Positions 37,900-51,900 of a stretch of 64,000 nucleotides of DNA are shown here, piece after piece. The notes below the pieces were generated by a model. The model was not told the origin of the DNA. It worked only from the letters and a program-made list of their open reading frames with translations, and did not search any database. The position numbers were made by a program, and so were the translations under genes. This DNA comes from Vicugna vicugna. Its lineage: Eukaryota. The stretch is from assembly GCA_013265495.1 (NCBI GenBank), contig MU058423.1:5810745-5874744 (forward strand). Direction: 5' to 3'. The number at the start of each line of letters is the position of its first letter. Within the stretch, counting starts at the first letter, position 1.

Positions 37900-38690
37900 A
37901 ACAGTGATTACTTTACCTTTCTCTTTTTCTACTCATATATAGTTAATAACTAAGTACAAAAACTCTGACTACTAAATTTCTGTCTAATTCATCCATATGA
38001 ACTTCATATGGCTACTAAAATCCATCACTATTCTGTAAATTGCTTGATATAAATCTGCCTAATTAATATCCTTGTCTCTGGTTTTATATTTTTAAACTGA
38101 TTTTCTGTATTGCAGCCAGAGTTATCTTTCTATAACAGCTGTTTAACCGTTTCACTACCCAACTTAAAACCACTGAAGGTGTCCCCATTGCCTTTAGATA
38201 AATATCCAAACACTTGTATCTGGCTTACAAAGCTCTACATGGTATGAATATTCCTCCTGTGTTCATCACATCTCATCACTGACCTCTTTTTCAATCTGTA
38301 TTCACCAAATTTAGTGACTTCAAAGACATGCTTTATCTTGCTTTCATTCCTGTGCACTTATTTTTGATATGCCTGAAATGTTCTTCACTGTCTCATCCTG
38401 TCATCTTTTATCTTGCAAATACTCATTCATCTTTTATGTTGCAGACTTTTCCTCAAAGCAGTCCTCACTGACGCCCAAAACCCAGGAAAATGCTTTTCTG
38501 TGTGTTCATGGAATATACTTGGCTTCAAATATCATGTTGTATATCATTTGGCTAATCACCTCTTCTTCCCTGTATGCTTTGCTTCAGTGAAGGTAGATGT
38601 TGTACTTAATTTATTTGATGTTATAAATATAGTACATGATACACTACCTAACACATAGGAACCCCTCAATTAATATTTTTATTTATTCAA
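37900..38690 (+). mobile_element. L2 remnant
   Basis: gcagccagagttatctttcta...ccccattgcctttagataaatatccaaac...tggcttacaaagctctacatg. Confidence 0.7.
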
Positions 38691-39486
38691 AAATATTTAT
38701 TTAACATCTGCTATATGTCAAACATTGTTCTAAGCACTTATGTTACTTTGATGATAAGGATCACTGCCTTTATGGAATTTACATTCTAATGGGCTACACA
38801 GACAATTAACAATAGCATAATAAATAAGTATAGCTAAAATATGTTAAAGACCACAATGGAAAAATCAAACAAAACAAAATTTCAAGTAAAAAAAAAGATC
38901 AGGGAACGAGAACAAACGAGGGAGGAAGGGATTCCACGCAGTCCTCATTGAAAAGATGAAAATTTAGCACATATTTGAAGGAGATGAGATCTCTCTCTCT
39001 ATATATATAATATACAGATCTTCCTAATCTATATATAGATTAGATATCCAGGTGGAGATATCAAATAGACAACTTGATATATGAATATAAAATTTGTAAG
39101 AGTCATCTCAATTGGAGAGGTAATTTTGGGTATCATTTGCATATTAACGCTATTTAAAGACATAAAGATATATATAGGGGAAAAATGCTTCAGGTAGAAA
39201 ATACAGGTTGAAAACAAGTGCTTACAATTAAAGTGTGCCTGTGTGTCTGAAAAAGTAGTCCATAGTGGCTGAAGCAGAGAGAACAAGGGAGAAAATCAGA
39301 AAGGTAACAGGGGTCATATTATTAAAGAACTTTGACATTTACACGGAGTTAATGGGAAAACACTGCAGAATTTTCAGCTGAGAAGGTACATAATCTTACT
39401 TATATGTTAAAATAATTAATCTGACATTTGCGTTGAAAATAAACTTCACAGGTGCAAAAGTAAATTTCTGTTTTCATCCTAGAAGT

Positions 39487-39958
39487 CGTTTTAGCTTCCT
39501 ATTACTCCTATAACAAATTAGTACAAACTTCGTGGCTTAAAATAATGCAAATTACAGTTCTGGAGGTCAGAAATTCTAGATCAGTTTTACAGGGTTAAAA
39601 TCAATGTGTAAAATCAAGGGTTGTATTTCTTCTGGAGGCTCTAGGAGAGAATCTGTTTCTTGTTTTCTCCAGACTCTAGAGGCTGCCTATTTTTCTTGGC
39701 TCATGGTTCTTTTTCAAACAAAGTCATCACTCTGAGCTTTGCTTCCAACTCCTGTGACCCTGACCCTCCTGCTCCTTCTTGTAATAACCTTTGTGATTAC
39801 TTTACCTTGGACCCACCCACATAATCCTGATAATCTCTCCATCTCAAAATCTTTAAGGACAAATTCAGTCTCTTTTGCCATGAAAGTAACATACTAACGG
39901 ATTTTGGGGACTAGGAAGTTGACATCTTTAGTGCGAAGGCATTATTTTGTCTACCAGA
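39487..39958 (-). mobile_element. MLT1B/C solo LTR inside L2
   Basis: cagttctggaggtcagaa...ggaggctctaggagagaatctgtttc...ggataatctc-like; ends tgtctacca. Confidence 0.85.
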
Positions 39959-40061
39959 GTAGACTAGCACACTAAACTAAGAAAGAATTTGTGGATGGAA
40001 CCAGACTTGTAGAAATGGATGCAGTAGAAAGATGGATACCTAGATGCAGAAATAGGTATCT

Positions 40062-40705
40062 TTTATTAAATTATAGCAAACATTTGATAAAATACTTAAG
40101 AATATATTTAATGAATTTTAGCATATATAAACACCTATTCAACACCTCTTAGATTATGTTATAAAACATTTCAGGACTCCACAAAGCTCCCTCATTCCTT
40201 GTCCCAGTAAATTAGTCCTCTCAAAAAAACTCAAACAACAAAAAATCCACTATTTCGGCATCCATTAACATAGTTTTGTCTATTTTGAAATTTATGTAAT
40301 AAAACCATATAGAATATACTCTTCTGTGTTATTTTTTACATTCAGAATTATATTTGGGAGATTCATCTATGCATGTCATGGCTGAATAGCATTCCACTTC
40401 ATAAATATGTGACAGTTTGTCCATTCTATTCATAATATTCAGATTTGGGCTTTCATGAACAAATGTGATACAAATTTTTTGCATGAATTGTGGAGGAATA
40501 TGAATTTAGACACTTTGCTACACCATTAAAAATTAATTCTATACGGATTGCAGGTCTAAATGTGAAAGATCCAAAAGTAAATATTCTATAAGCAAACATA
40601 GGAGACTATTTTTACCACTCTATCGAAAGGTTTCTTAAACAGGAGATCAAAACCAATAACCATAAAAAAAAAAGGCTGATAAATTGGATATATTTAAAAA
40701 TTAAA
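40062..40705 (-). mobile_element. old L1 (L1ME-like) 3' end with adjoining sense ORF2 fragment (40515-40705)
   Basis: Antisense 3' UTR motifs (ataaaacatttcaggactccacaaagctccctcatt), then sense ORF2-like ctaaatgtgaaag...tttcttaaacagga. Confidence 0.65.
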
Positions 40706-43591
40706 GAAAACAGCATTTCTTGAGAAAGTGACTATGGAGTGTGAAAGACAGAGGATCAGGTTTGTTCCTATGTTTGACTTAAGTAATGCAAAGACAGAAT
40801 TCAGACAGACAAGTTTGGGCTAGGTTTTTGGAGGTGGGCAGCCATTCAACTTTGGACATACTGAATTAGAGATGTCTCTTCGATATCCAAGTGGAGATAT
40901 TAAATAGACAACTTGATATATGAATATAAAGTTTGTAAGAGTCATCTCAATTGGAGAAAGAATTTTGGGTATCATTTGCATATTAAAGCTATTTAAAGAC
41001 ATGATTATGTGTAAAATCACCAAGATGGTGAGAATAGACAGAGATGAGAAAAAAATCAAGAAACTTAAATCCAGGACACTCCAGTGTTAAAAAGTCAAGA
41101 GGGAAAAGAGGGGAATAAGAGATCACTGAAATAATAAGACCAACTAGTCCTCTAAGGTAAGAGAAGAATTTCTTTCATTGTCTAAACAGTGATAAAATGT
41201 TTCTTAATGCTAGTAAATAAAATGAAAGCTGAAAGTGTGTGGATTGTGGATTGTGGTTATGTTTATATGAGCAGTTTCAGTGGAGTGGTGATGGCAAAAT
41301 CTTGATTAGGAATCTTGATTGGAGAGTGAGATTAAAAGAATTAAGACAGTGAGTACAATCCGTAGCAAGTAAAGAAATGTGGTAGTATTTGGTGGACAAA
41401 GTGTGCTCAGTGTCTGTTTTAGCTTGGAGTTAACTGAAATTAACTAGGGTTATGATTTTTGCCAGAAAATTACGACATAGTGAGAGGAGGCCAATGGAGT
41501 TGAAAGTGTACCAAAGGGAATTGTTTTATAATTGAACATAGACTTTAAACTGGGTAAGTAAGGGGGGAAGAGATCAAGGGATGTGGCATAATGAGAAGGT
41601 AATAGATCTCTGGATATGAAGTACTCATGGGATAGGAGAAATTGGGTTAGGTTTGCGAAGTGAGTGTATTGTAAAGATAGGAGATGGTAATCAGTGGATG
41701 AGATGCTGATTATAGAGTCATTGGAATTATTGGTAAAAACAAGATCTAGTTTATGAACATGAAAGCGTAAGGCTGATGTAGAGTATTGAGTCACTGGAGG
41801 AGAGGAGTTTAAGAAACCCAGTGAACCAGAAGCAAAAAATCATTGAATAATAAGGATAAATGACCCAGGAAATGTTAGTTAATAAGAACAATGAGGAGCA
41901 ATTACATATATCATCTAATGATGTGAGATTCAAAAACAGATAATTTAGAAATAAGGAAAGAAGAATACTCAAAAAGCGAATATAAGGAGCAAAGAGGACA
42001 TGCATTTCATCTCCAGGTTCATTGGAAGAAGTGATACAGGATTTTAGAGACTCTGGGGACACAGTATTCTTAGAGGAAACTCAGAGAAGGAGGGCCAGGT
42101 TGTTATTAGAGCTAGAAAATTCAGGGAACATTCAGAGAGAACTTAATAATATAGCATTGAAAATACAATATAGGTTTGACTATGGGGTGAACCTAGGGGA
42201 CAGAACTGGGAACACAGAGCTTCAGAGGGATTGGATTGGAGTATGAAAAGCAAAAGATGACCTGTTATCCCAGGGCCTCCTATATTTATGGTTAAAAATA
42301 AGGAATAAGAGCAGAATATGAATCCTGATGAATTCAAAGAAAATATCAGTGACAATATTTAGCTTTGTAACTGATGATGACAATAGAAAGACTGAGAGCA
42401 GTGCACATGGTTACCTCTGACTCTGCTCTCACTCCCACCTTTCAACTCTCATGATGAGGTGGGGGTGGTGGTGGTGGTGAATGAATCAATGACTTAATTA
42501 AGAAAATGTATCCTTTACAGAGAAAATTGTAGACAGTATTTCAAAAGCAGATGGAATGTAATTTTATACAGGGGAAGTTAGATATTTCTAAAAGACCAGT
42601 GGCTTTCAGGCTATTGAAAAATGGCTACTATTACCTCTCACTTAATATGAAAAAAGGTTTGTACTAGTGTATCCTTGGAAACCTCCATAATGGGCATTTC
42701 AGCGATGGCAGCTAGCTTAACAAGCCACAGTGTCATACAGATAATTCTTAGAGAAAACATTTCTACTTGGCAGAGGTCAGCTCCCTTTCTAAGCAGCACA
42801 TTATTCTTGATCCTAACTGGGACCATAATCTCTCTTTCCTAAAAGGGACTATGATTCTCCTTCTGAATCAACGATACAACTGTCTGGAATGAAGGAGCAA
42901 TGCTATAAAATTTTAAGGCCAACCAGGGAACGTAACTAATGAATAAGACACTATAGAGTGAAAAATTAACAAACAGAATTCTTTCTAAATGGTGCTTTGG
43001 AGATTAGCTCATCTGTCACCTCTTAAAAAATACCATTTAAAAGATAGCACTTAAATATGTGATGATTCTTTTTTAAATACAGAAACACAAACAGTAAATA
43101 AAATTAGAATGTAGTGATGGCAGAAGTGTCACTGTGATATTGAAGAATCTGTGGAAAGTAACAAATTTCATCATAGCTGGACTAAATCAAAGAGGAATAG
43201 AAACTAGAGGAAAGTCAACTGAGATTAAATGATTGGTCACAAACAGTGCTAGTTAAGGAAACAAAGAAAAAAGAATGTTTATATATGAAACTATCAGACT
43301 GAAAGGAAATAACATTATTATCAGTTTCCAATTTTTGTGTGAGTTCAGTGTGGATCAAAATACCAAAGTCAAAGCAACCAGCCAATTACGGAGCATCACA
43401 GGGAACTTGAAAGGGAAACAATTTTGAACAAAGTCTGTTCTAAGGAGGGTCTTGAAAAGTTACTTAGTAGCATAAAAATACTTTGAGGGAAAATATTAAG
43501 AGAGGGGATAGATATTAAAAAAAATGAAAAGGTTTGGAGTGTTTAGATAAATTTTCACCTTTGTATTATTACTTCCTTTGTCATTTGTAAT

Positions 43592-44254
43592 ATCCAGACC
43601 ACTGAGACTTTCTCCACGTCATCAATAAAGCCACTGGGCCGTCCTCTCATTCATCTGTTCAATGAAGCAGCACTGCTAGTTTCCTTCAAAACTTTCCCTT
43701 TGCATTCACAACTTGCTTAACTGTTTGGCATGAGACTTAGCTTTCAGCCTGTCCTGGCTCTGGACGTGCCTTTCTCACTGAACTTGGTCATTTCTAGCTT
43801 TCGATTTGACTCTTCCTTTCACTTGAACATTTAGAGGCCACTGTTCCGTTATTAATCAGCCTAATTTCGATATTGCTTTGTCTCGGGGAATAGAGAGGCT
43901 TGAGGAGAGGGAGAGAGATGTGGGAATGGCTCGTCAGTGAAGCAGTCAGAACACACTCAGCATTTATCATTAAGTTTGCCGCCTTACATGTGATTTGTGG
44001 CACCCCAAAACAAATACAATGGTAACATCAAGTATCACTGATCACAGACCACCATAACAAATAGAATAATAATTTTTAAAAGTTTGCAATATTGTGATAA
44101 TTACCAAAATACAACACAGAGACATAAAGAGAGCAAATGCTGTTGGAAAAATGGTGCTGAAAGACTTGGCAGGGCTACCATAAATATTCAGTTTGTCAAA
44201 AAAAAATGCAATATATGAAAGGAAAAATAAAGCATGATAAAATGAGGTATACTT
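43592..44254 (-). mobile_element. Tigger1 DNA transposon 5' fragment
   Basis: Reverse complement starts with a decayed TIR (..atacctcattttatc..). Encodes the transposase N-terminus remnant (V)ASKCSSERKS. Frameshifted and truncated. Confidence 0.9.
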
Positions 44255-46284
44255 TTCATCCAGTCTTTAAGCTCATCAGATGTAAAGCAATGTCTTTCCT
44301 GTTGAAAAAAAGTTACCAAGGAAACAATATATCTAAAACTTGCTTTTGGAAAAAAATTCAAGGAAGGATCTGAAATGTTTGACTATTTTTATTAAAAATC
44401 CTCAGTTTAAACACATCTGTTTGGTCCCTTGCAAATATAAGTGGGATAACACAAAACAAAACAAAAACACTGGTTTTCCGTGAAGTCACTGCTTACAGTA
44501 AAAGAATTATTGTATTTCTCAAAGAAGTACACAGAATTAAGTTGCTGCTGATTTTCACAAGTATTTTTTTGATCAGCCAAATAATATCTGTCTTTATAAT
44601 ATTTTCATTTCTATTCTGCTTATAACTTTTCAGCTTGGGTGTGTCCTGATAATTTTCTTTTCCTGCTGGTCAATTATCAGTGCATTATCCATAGTTTTCT
44701 TGGCTATCGTGATTTTCATTACTTCTACTTTTTATGATTTTGAATATGAGAGTTTTTAATTCCACTGCAGTATGAGAAAAGAGTCTTGATATTTTGAAGT
44801 TTTTGACAACTATTTATTCTTATATATGCCTTTGGCTTCTACTTGGATAATTCTTCTTTTCATATTCAAATTTTGGTGTAAATGATAATTATGAAATATA
44901 TAATATTAATATGAGGTTATGACATTTCAAGAGCCTTTAGAATTTTGACCACATTGTACTGGGATTTGTAATCAAGTTTCTCTCACACTATATAAGTTGA
45001 TTTACTAATAAACAGATATTGGGGTTCATCACTGGTATACTTGCTTTTCTATCAGTTCCACCTTATCAGTAATTTAGCATGCCATATTATTTGAAATAGC
45101 AGTATCTGTCAAGAGAATTGATGAGTCAAATATGCTAATATTCAAGTCTCTTTTGGAGATGTGTGAAAGATGAAACTTCACACCTAGATATCTTGTCATT
45201 TGTTGTAATGTTACAAGGGTTATGCCCTACAAAGCATATTTTGTGAAATGTGATAGAGAAAACGTAATGTATCTGTGGGGCACTTACGTTGTATACAGAA
45301 TATTCTGACAGAAGAGACTTTCATTTTTTTACTAGGTATTGATAAAATTAGATCTTCCATGAACAATTCTGCCTACAGAGTAATTTTTAAGTTTCCATAG
45401 CTGGGCTTCTGGCTTCATGCATTTAAATTTTTGTTTATTCTCCACCTTCTGTATATTCTGTGTGTTTTCACTGTCAAAGGCCCAAGGATCTGTCCTATTA
45501 CATAATTCTGATGCTGCAACCTTGGGTCAGAGTGTTAACTGAGCCAATTCAATGAGCATCAGGACATCATTCTCCTACATGTGTTCCCACTGAGGATGAC
45601 CTATAACAACTTCACTATGTATAGAGGTAGTTTTGAACCTAAACAAACAAACAAAGCTCCTCAAGTCAACTTCCCTTAATTAAATTCCAGAAAATCCCGT
45701 GGCTGCTATAACATGGACAGAAGGGAAAGATCTTTGGAGAGTAAGTCAGAGAGGAAAAGAGATAGTAGTCTAACTTAATGCTCTTGAAATATCTTCAATT
45801 TGCTAATTTTATTTTTTAAAAGGATATGAAAATGTTAATACATTGGTAAAGACCCATTCAAAATGCTGGAAGGACCTTTTCCAAGTGAGGAAATCTATAG
45901 CTTACACTTCATTACCTTCACAGAAAATTGGCATCTTGCATGAACTGGAAGACAAACCTAGTATTTAAATTAGGACAGTAGGCAATGTTAAGAGTTTGGG
46001 ATGAATGTTTTTAAGATTATATAATGCTAAAAAAGTTTAGATTTGTGGTAAGTGCTCAATACACGAAAACAGTCAAAATAATTACCATAATCATTATTAT
46101 TAGGCCATAGGTAAATGAATACAATTACTATTTTAGCACATTTTCTAAATACACACACACATGAACACCTATGAACTCTTATGTATGTACATGCTCTGTA
46201 GTATTAGTTTAAAGGGTCTTTTATTCTTCTCCATCGCTCTGTCTCACAGATATTTGTATATACAGAGATAGACTCTGTAACATA

Positions 46285-46532
46285 CTTGTCTTCTGGGTGG
46301 CAGACTGCCAACTTCTTGTATCCTCATATGGTAAGTATATGGGAAAAGGAAAAAGAAACAAGCTCTCTAGTGGCTTTTATAAACACACTAATCCCACTTA
46401 CTAGAGCGCCATTCTCATGACCTCATCTAATCCTAATACACCTCCAAGGCCCTACCTCCTACCAGCATCACACCGGGTGGCAGGAATTCAACAAGAATTC
46501 TGGGGGGGGACACAAACATTCAGTCCATAACA
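46285..46532 (-). mobile_element. MLT1A-like LTR fragment
   Basis: ctcatgacctcatctaatcctaat...ggacacaaacattcagtccataaca. Confidence 0.85.
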
Positions 46533-48389
46533 GGTACCTTGCACATCATTGCCCTCTCAGCATCCTCCAGTGTAACTCCAATCTTTTTTTTCCCCTCACA
46601 AACTTACATTTCTAACTTATATCCATACTGTACTAGAATTAAGAATATGCTTAAAGAAGAAGCAGGAAACTGAGAAAAGCCTTCCCACAGAACAAAAAAC
46701 TCTTCCGAGTGACTTACATGATGAAAGTTGATAATACACACCTAACCAGCTTAGTGCCATAAGCGTAAATTGATGTAAGCTGAGTTTTGCCCATATAATA
46801 TATAATCACATTTTGTGCCTTTCCACATTTGGATTTTTGGAAAAAATGAAAATTTAATATTCTTAAATGAAAGATTAGACTATATATCAGAGTCAAAATG
46901 ATTTTCTGGTTTATGTCCTCTTGTGCGGGAGAGAACTGAGAGCTATTTAGAAACTGTCTAGTTCTCAAAATTACATTGTTTTTGCACAATTTTTTAATTA
47001 ATCAAATTTTCCACCTGGACTAAATTTTGATGGAATTTCTTTTATCAAGATCTAACAAAAACAGAAAAATAAAGGAGCAAGAGGAAGATATATAGAATTA
47101 TCACTGGAAATATAGCCCATAGAAAACAAATGTTCAAAGCAAGTTAAGCTTAATCCTGAAATGAAGAAAGCCAATTTTTGTATAAATGATCAATTTCTCT
47201 GTATTTCTATTTTATACCTATTCTGTTATATGAATAAATCTGTTATTTCAGATAAGATCCAAGTTTGAAAACAAGAACTAAAAACTAAAACTTTGGGTGT
47301 TAGTGACTATGCAAGGAAAGATGACATACTTCAAGCTCACATGAGCTGCGACCACGTACAAATCCTTAGTGAAAGGAGGTCTGAAAAACTTGGCCTATTA
47401 CCTCAGGTAAGAGATACATATGTAAGATTGTTACAGCCAAGGCTCTGAAAAGGAAAAAAAAAAAAGAAGAAATCAAGACTTCAAATTTAATCCTAATATA
47501 AATCTAAAGTTAAAAAAAAGTCATGATCCTATGAAATGCAGGATACCCAAATTTCTCCATAATATTTAACTATATAGTGATTTTCCTGGAGCCTGTATAA
47601 AAAAACATAAACATAAACTTCAGAAGTAAAGTTTATTATGACCCCATGGTAGTTGCTCTCTCACACACATAAGCACAGAACAGAAACACAGATACAATAA
47701 AATATGCTTATAAAAATTAATTTTATACAGATGGCTTTTAAATTTGATATGCAATTGATCTTTTTCTAACTTCCAGGAAGCTACTCCAAAAGTCCAGGGT
47801 GAGAAAAAAAGTGGTGAAAACAAACTATTTAAATACATTATCTGTATAAAAAACTTTTTTTAAAGTTTAAGGAAAATAAATTTAAAAATAGAATTAAACA
47901 AACAAAAATACATTATCATTACAGGAGCACAGTTGGTATGAGTTTTTAAGAGTTACATTTGATATATGGCTCCTGAATAATGTCACAGATATTTTTTAAA
48001 AATTACCAGAATTTATACAAATAAATGATCAGTCCTTTGAAATAGTTTCCACTATGAGGATATAAATGTATTTTTGTTATGATCTGACTGGTTCAAAAGA
48101 ATTTGGGTTTTATATTTTTGCAGTGAAACATCTTGTTACTGTTAAAGTCTTTATTGTTCCACTGTCATATCATTTTTAAGGCACATTTTTTTTCTTATAT
48201 TTCTTTCTGCAAAATAAAGGTATTTTGTTTGACTGCAAGCTTAATATAAATAATATTTTTAGGATGCCTTTTCCTAAGAGCTAGCTTGATCTTGAATAGC
48301 ATTATAGCAAGGATTATACCAAAACCAAGCAGAGTAAAATTGCTACTGTTATCTATACTGATCAAACCCCACAATACACTCATTCTTTT

Positions 48390-48900
48390 AATAAACATTT
48401 ATTTAATGCCAGGTAATGTGCTAGGTTTTAGAGATAAAAGGAAAAATAAAGTCCTTGGGTAGTGAATAATAAGAAATTACATATGGCATGAGAATCACTG
48501 TACAGGGAAATAGAGGAATATAGAGCAGAGAGTTTGGAGAACTGATCTTTCAACAGAGAGGTGTGAAGAATTTTCCTGGAGGAACTACTGTGCACAATTT
48601 AAGAATAAGAAGGGATTAGACAGATGAAGGGAAAAAAAGGAGTATATTATACCAGGTAGAGGAAACATCATTTTTAAAGTCTTAAAGGTGAAAGATTTTT
48701 ATAGTCAAGGACCTATTTAGTATTTCTATATCACAGAGGGTGCAAAGCCACTTAGAAGATAAACATACTGGAATCCTACTACTTAGAAATAAAAATTATA
48801 AATTTATATTTAATCCTAATAGTTACAGGTTTTGCAAGCCTAAAAGCAGAGAAAAGATCTATCCAAATATGTGCAATGCCATGCTCTAGGATTTCATATC
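48390..48900 (-). mobile_element. L2 remnant
   Basis: aataaacatttattt..tgccaggtaatgtgctaggtt...ccaggtagaggaaacatca. Confidence 0.6.
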
Positions 48901-48914
48901 CTTAAAGTATTCAG

Positions 48915-49435
48915 TGGACATGTATAGGATTGCCTTCCCAGCACTCTCTCCTTGGTTTTCTGGAAAACTAACAGTTGTCATCATTTACCTGGGTATCTTC
49001 GGGTATATGACATTTCATATATTATTTCACTACTTAAAACAATTTTTCCAAGAAGAGCCAGTTGACTCAAGCTGGGGAAATTATAGGACCCTCTCTCCCA
49101 TACAGAATCACTGTACACTGGATAGTAAGTGATCATTGATTCAAGGACGCTGAGGCAAATCCCAATGTCGGTGCCACCCTAAAAGGGAGGTTAAAATAGC
49201 ATCCTTCAGGAGTCATGTTGTGCAACATGTGAAGGAAGCTGTTCTATAGTAACAAAGGATGATGTTGACTTAATGCTGTGATTAAGGAAAAAGAAAGAAC
49301 CCTCCCCCTGGCAAACCATAACCTAGTGCTAGTTGTCCCTGAAACCTAATTGCATCTCTCCTCTTATACTATCGCCTTCTTTGACATATCACTGTTACCA
49401 TTGTTCACTTAATTTTCCTCATTTGTAAAAGTTAG
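48915..49435 (+). mobile_element. ancient ERVL LTR (LTR16/LTR33-like)
   Basis: ggattgccttcccagcactctctccttggttttctggaaaac...agttgtccctgaaacc...gttagtttgaattttt. Confidence 0.45.
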
Positions 49436-49719
49436 TTTGAATTTTTTTGTTTTGTTTTTTTTTCATTTTATACACAAAACAGCTTGATCATCATAGTCAT
49501 TAAAAAACTGACATTAATTACAGGAGAGCCACCAAATTGCTGGAGTTTCTGAGTAGCTTAATAAGTAAAACAAAATTAAAAGGCTAAAGATGACTTACCC
49601 AGATAAGAGATGACTTGAATATTAAGGAATAAAGCTGAGTTGGTAGGATAGCAATAAAATAAGTGAAGATTTGTTGTGGTTGGCTGTGGGCATGCTTGTT
49701 GCTATGAAAGTTTGACCAG

Positions 49720-51292
49720 AAATAATAATCCAGTAAAAAAAATAGACAAATTTAATGAAAAACATAAATTTACAGATTCAAGTTCCATGACCCTCACTTG
49801 GCAGAAACTCAAACAAAACCACATACAAACACTTTACAATAATATATAAAACAATTGAATGATAATATATTTCCCTAAGAAAACAGTGGAAGAACATCTT
49901 CAAAGTGATGAAAGAAAATAATTATCAATCCATATTTCAATATTCAGTAAAAATATCTTCAGGAAGAAATTACACAAGAGGGAATATAAAAACTTTAGGA
50001 ATGATGAAAGAGCAACAGAAGGGATAAATATCTGTTTAAAAATAATAGAGTATTTTTCTCTTAAGTTTAAAAAAAATTATATTGGTTGAAAGAAAAGTAA
50101 TTGTTGAAGAGTTTACTGTATGGCATACAATACACATCACAACCATAACATAAGTTGGTAGGGGTAAGAGATTTATATGTTTGAAGCCCAAGAAATATTT
50201 CCCATCTAATTTTATGAAGTTGGCATTACCCTAATACTAAAACCAAAGACATTATAAACAAATAAATTCACAGACCAATATTCCTTATGATACTAGAAAA
50301 AAACATTCTTAATTTGACTCTCTACAAATCAAACCCAGCAATACAAAAAAAGGATAATATATCTTGACCCTGTGGATGGGAAGGAGATTAATCCTGGAAT
50401 GTGAGGCAGGCTTAACATTTTAAAATAGTCTTTGTAATTCACCATATTAAATAACTAAGTTAAAAAAAATTCACATGATCTTACCAGTAGATATAGAAAA
50501 AGCATTTGACAAAATCCAACATGCATTCATAGTCAAAAACTAGCAAACAGTTATAGAAGGAAACTTTCTTATATTATAAAAGGCATCTAAAGAAACCCTA
50601 GAGCTGACATATTTCTTAATGATGAAAAATTGAGTGATTTCTAATTAAGATTGTGGATAAACTAAGTATATCTGCTCTCACCACTCCTTTCAACATTATA
50701 CTGAAAGGCAGTAAGGTAAGAAAAAAGTTAAAGGAAAATTTGAAGTTGAAAGGAAGAAATGAAACTACATTTCCCACAGGAATAAGCATTGCTCAAGTGA
50801 GTTAACTGCCTATGTGTATACACATACACAGACACCCTATATATAAGTGTTTATAGCAGATTTATTAATAATCATCAAAAATCGGAAACAACCTAGCTGT
50901 TCCTAATGTGAAGAATGGCTAAATTGGTTCACCCAAACAATGGAATATTACTTGGCTGTGAAAATGAAAAACAAACAATTGATGCACCCAGCAAAATGGA
51001 TGAATATTGAACACGTTTAGCTAAGTGACAGAGGCCAGAAACAAAAGGCTTATAAAGTATGATTCTATGTATCTGACATTCATGATGGTCCCACAGGATA
51101 GGAACTCAGAGAATATGGGGATTAATGGTGAAGTAAGGGTTTGACTCCAAAAGGAAAGCACAAGGAAATTTTAATTTGGATGGAGGGGTAATGGAATTGT
51201 GTCTTCATTGTGTGGCGAATACATGACTTTGTAAAGACTCATAGAAAGGTACACAAGAAAGTAAATTTTGCTATGTGCAACTTAAAAATTAG
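49720..51292 (+). mobile_element. old L1 fragments (ORF1, RT region, 3' UTR)
   Basis: gatatagaaaaagcatttgacaaaatccaaca; ctctcaccactcctttcaacatt; gtgtttatagcagatttatt. Confidence 0.8.
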
Positions 51293-51783
51293 TATAAGGA
51301 AGTGGTAAGAATATTTTGTACTTTGTCCAGGAAACCGTTTTCATATCTTTTTTCTTCTTATCAGTGCCAAAGACAAAGATTATTAGTCTTTAAATTTTCT
51401 ATTGCAAGCGAATACAGTGCACATTACTTAACATTGTTGTAGATATCAAGAGTAAAAGATTTAAGTCAATAGCACACATAATAATGAAATGGTTTCTCTT
51501 ATTTTTTCTTTCTATTTTGAGTCTTCTATCTTTCATAAGCTTAACATTAGAAATGGTCTAGGGCTAAAGAGGCTGAGGCTTTGGGGTGCATTCTTTAGAT
51601 GTTATAAAGTCTGAGAATGAAAAATAAAAATTTAGAAAACTAAATAATAGCTGAATTGAACATAACCTCCCTTAGCAGTGAGATAAACATGAAGATATTT
51701 AAAATTCATGTATTTAATTATTTCTGTGGGAAAATGAACAGCAATAATAGGTACACTACCATTAGGTATTTCTAGTTACTTCA

Positions 51784-51900
51784 TGTCTTAGTCAGCTTAG
51801 GCTGTTATAACAGAATTCCATAAACTGGGTGGCTTAAACAACAGACATTTATTTCTCACAGTTTTAAAGGCTGGGAAGCCCAAGATCAAGGAACCAGACA
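51784..51900 (-). mobile_element. MLT1A-like LTR terminal fragment
   Basis: tgtcttagtcagcttaggctgttataaca...ggctgggaagcccaagatcaagg. Confidence 0.85.

Larger units (their letters stand above)
38690..42250 (-). mobile_element. long fragmented L2, interrupted by MLT1 and L1 pieces
   Basis: Colinear antisense L2 motifs: aacattgttctaagcac; ttgaaggagatgag; ttcaactttggacatactgaattagagatg; gagcagtttcagtggagtggtgatggcaaaa. Confidence 0.75.

Noticed and set aside
45287..45374. Exon-like segment on the minus strand (ctgtag acceptor, gtaagt donor, one open frame)
   Set aside because: No recognisable protein and no partner exons. GTAAGT occurs often by chance in 64 kb of AT-rich DNA.
47252..47406. Exon-like segment on the plus strand ending CAG|GTAAGA
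   Set aside because: Stops in all three frames. It could be a non-coding exon, but this is unsupported without transcript data.
46285..51900. Two complementary MLT1A halves in swapped order
   Set aside because: The outer flanks (GGTAC after 46532, CTTCA before 51784) do not match as a TSD; probably independent fragments of an abundant family.
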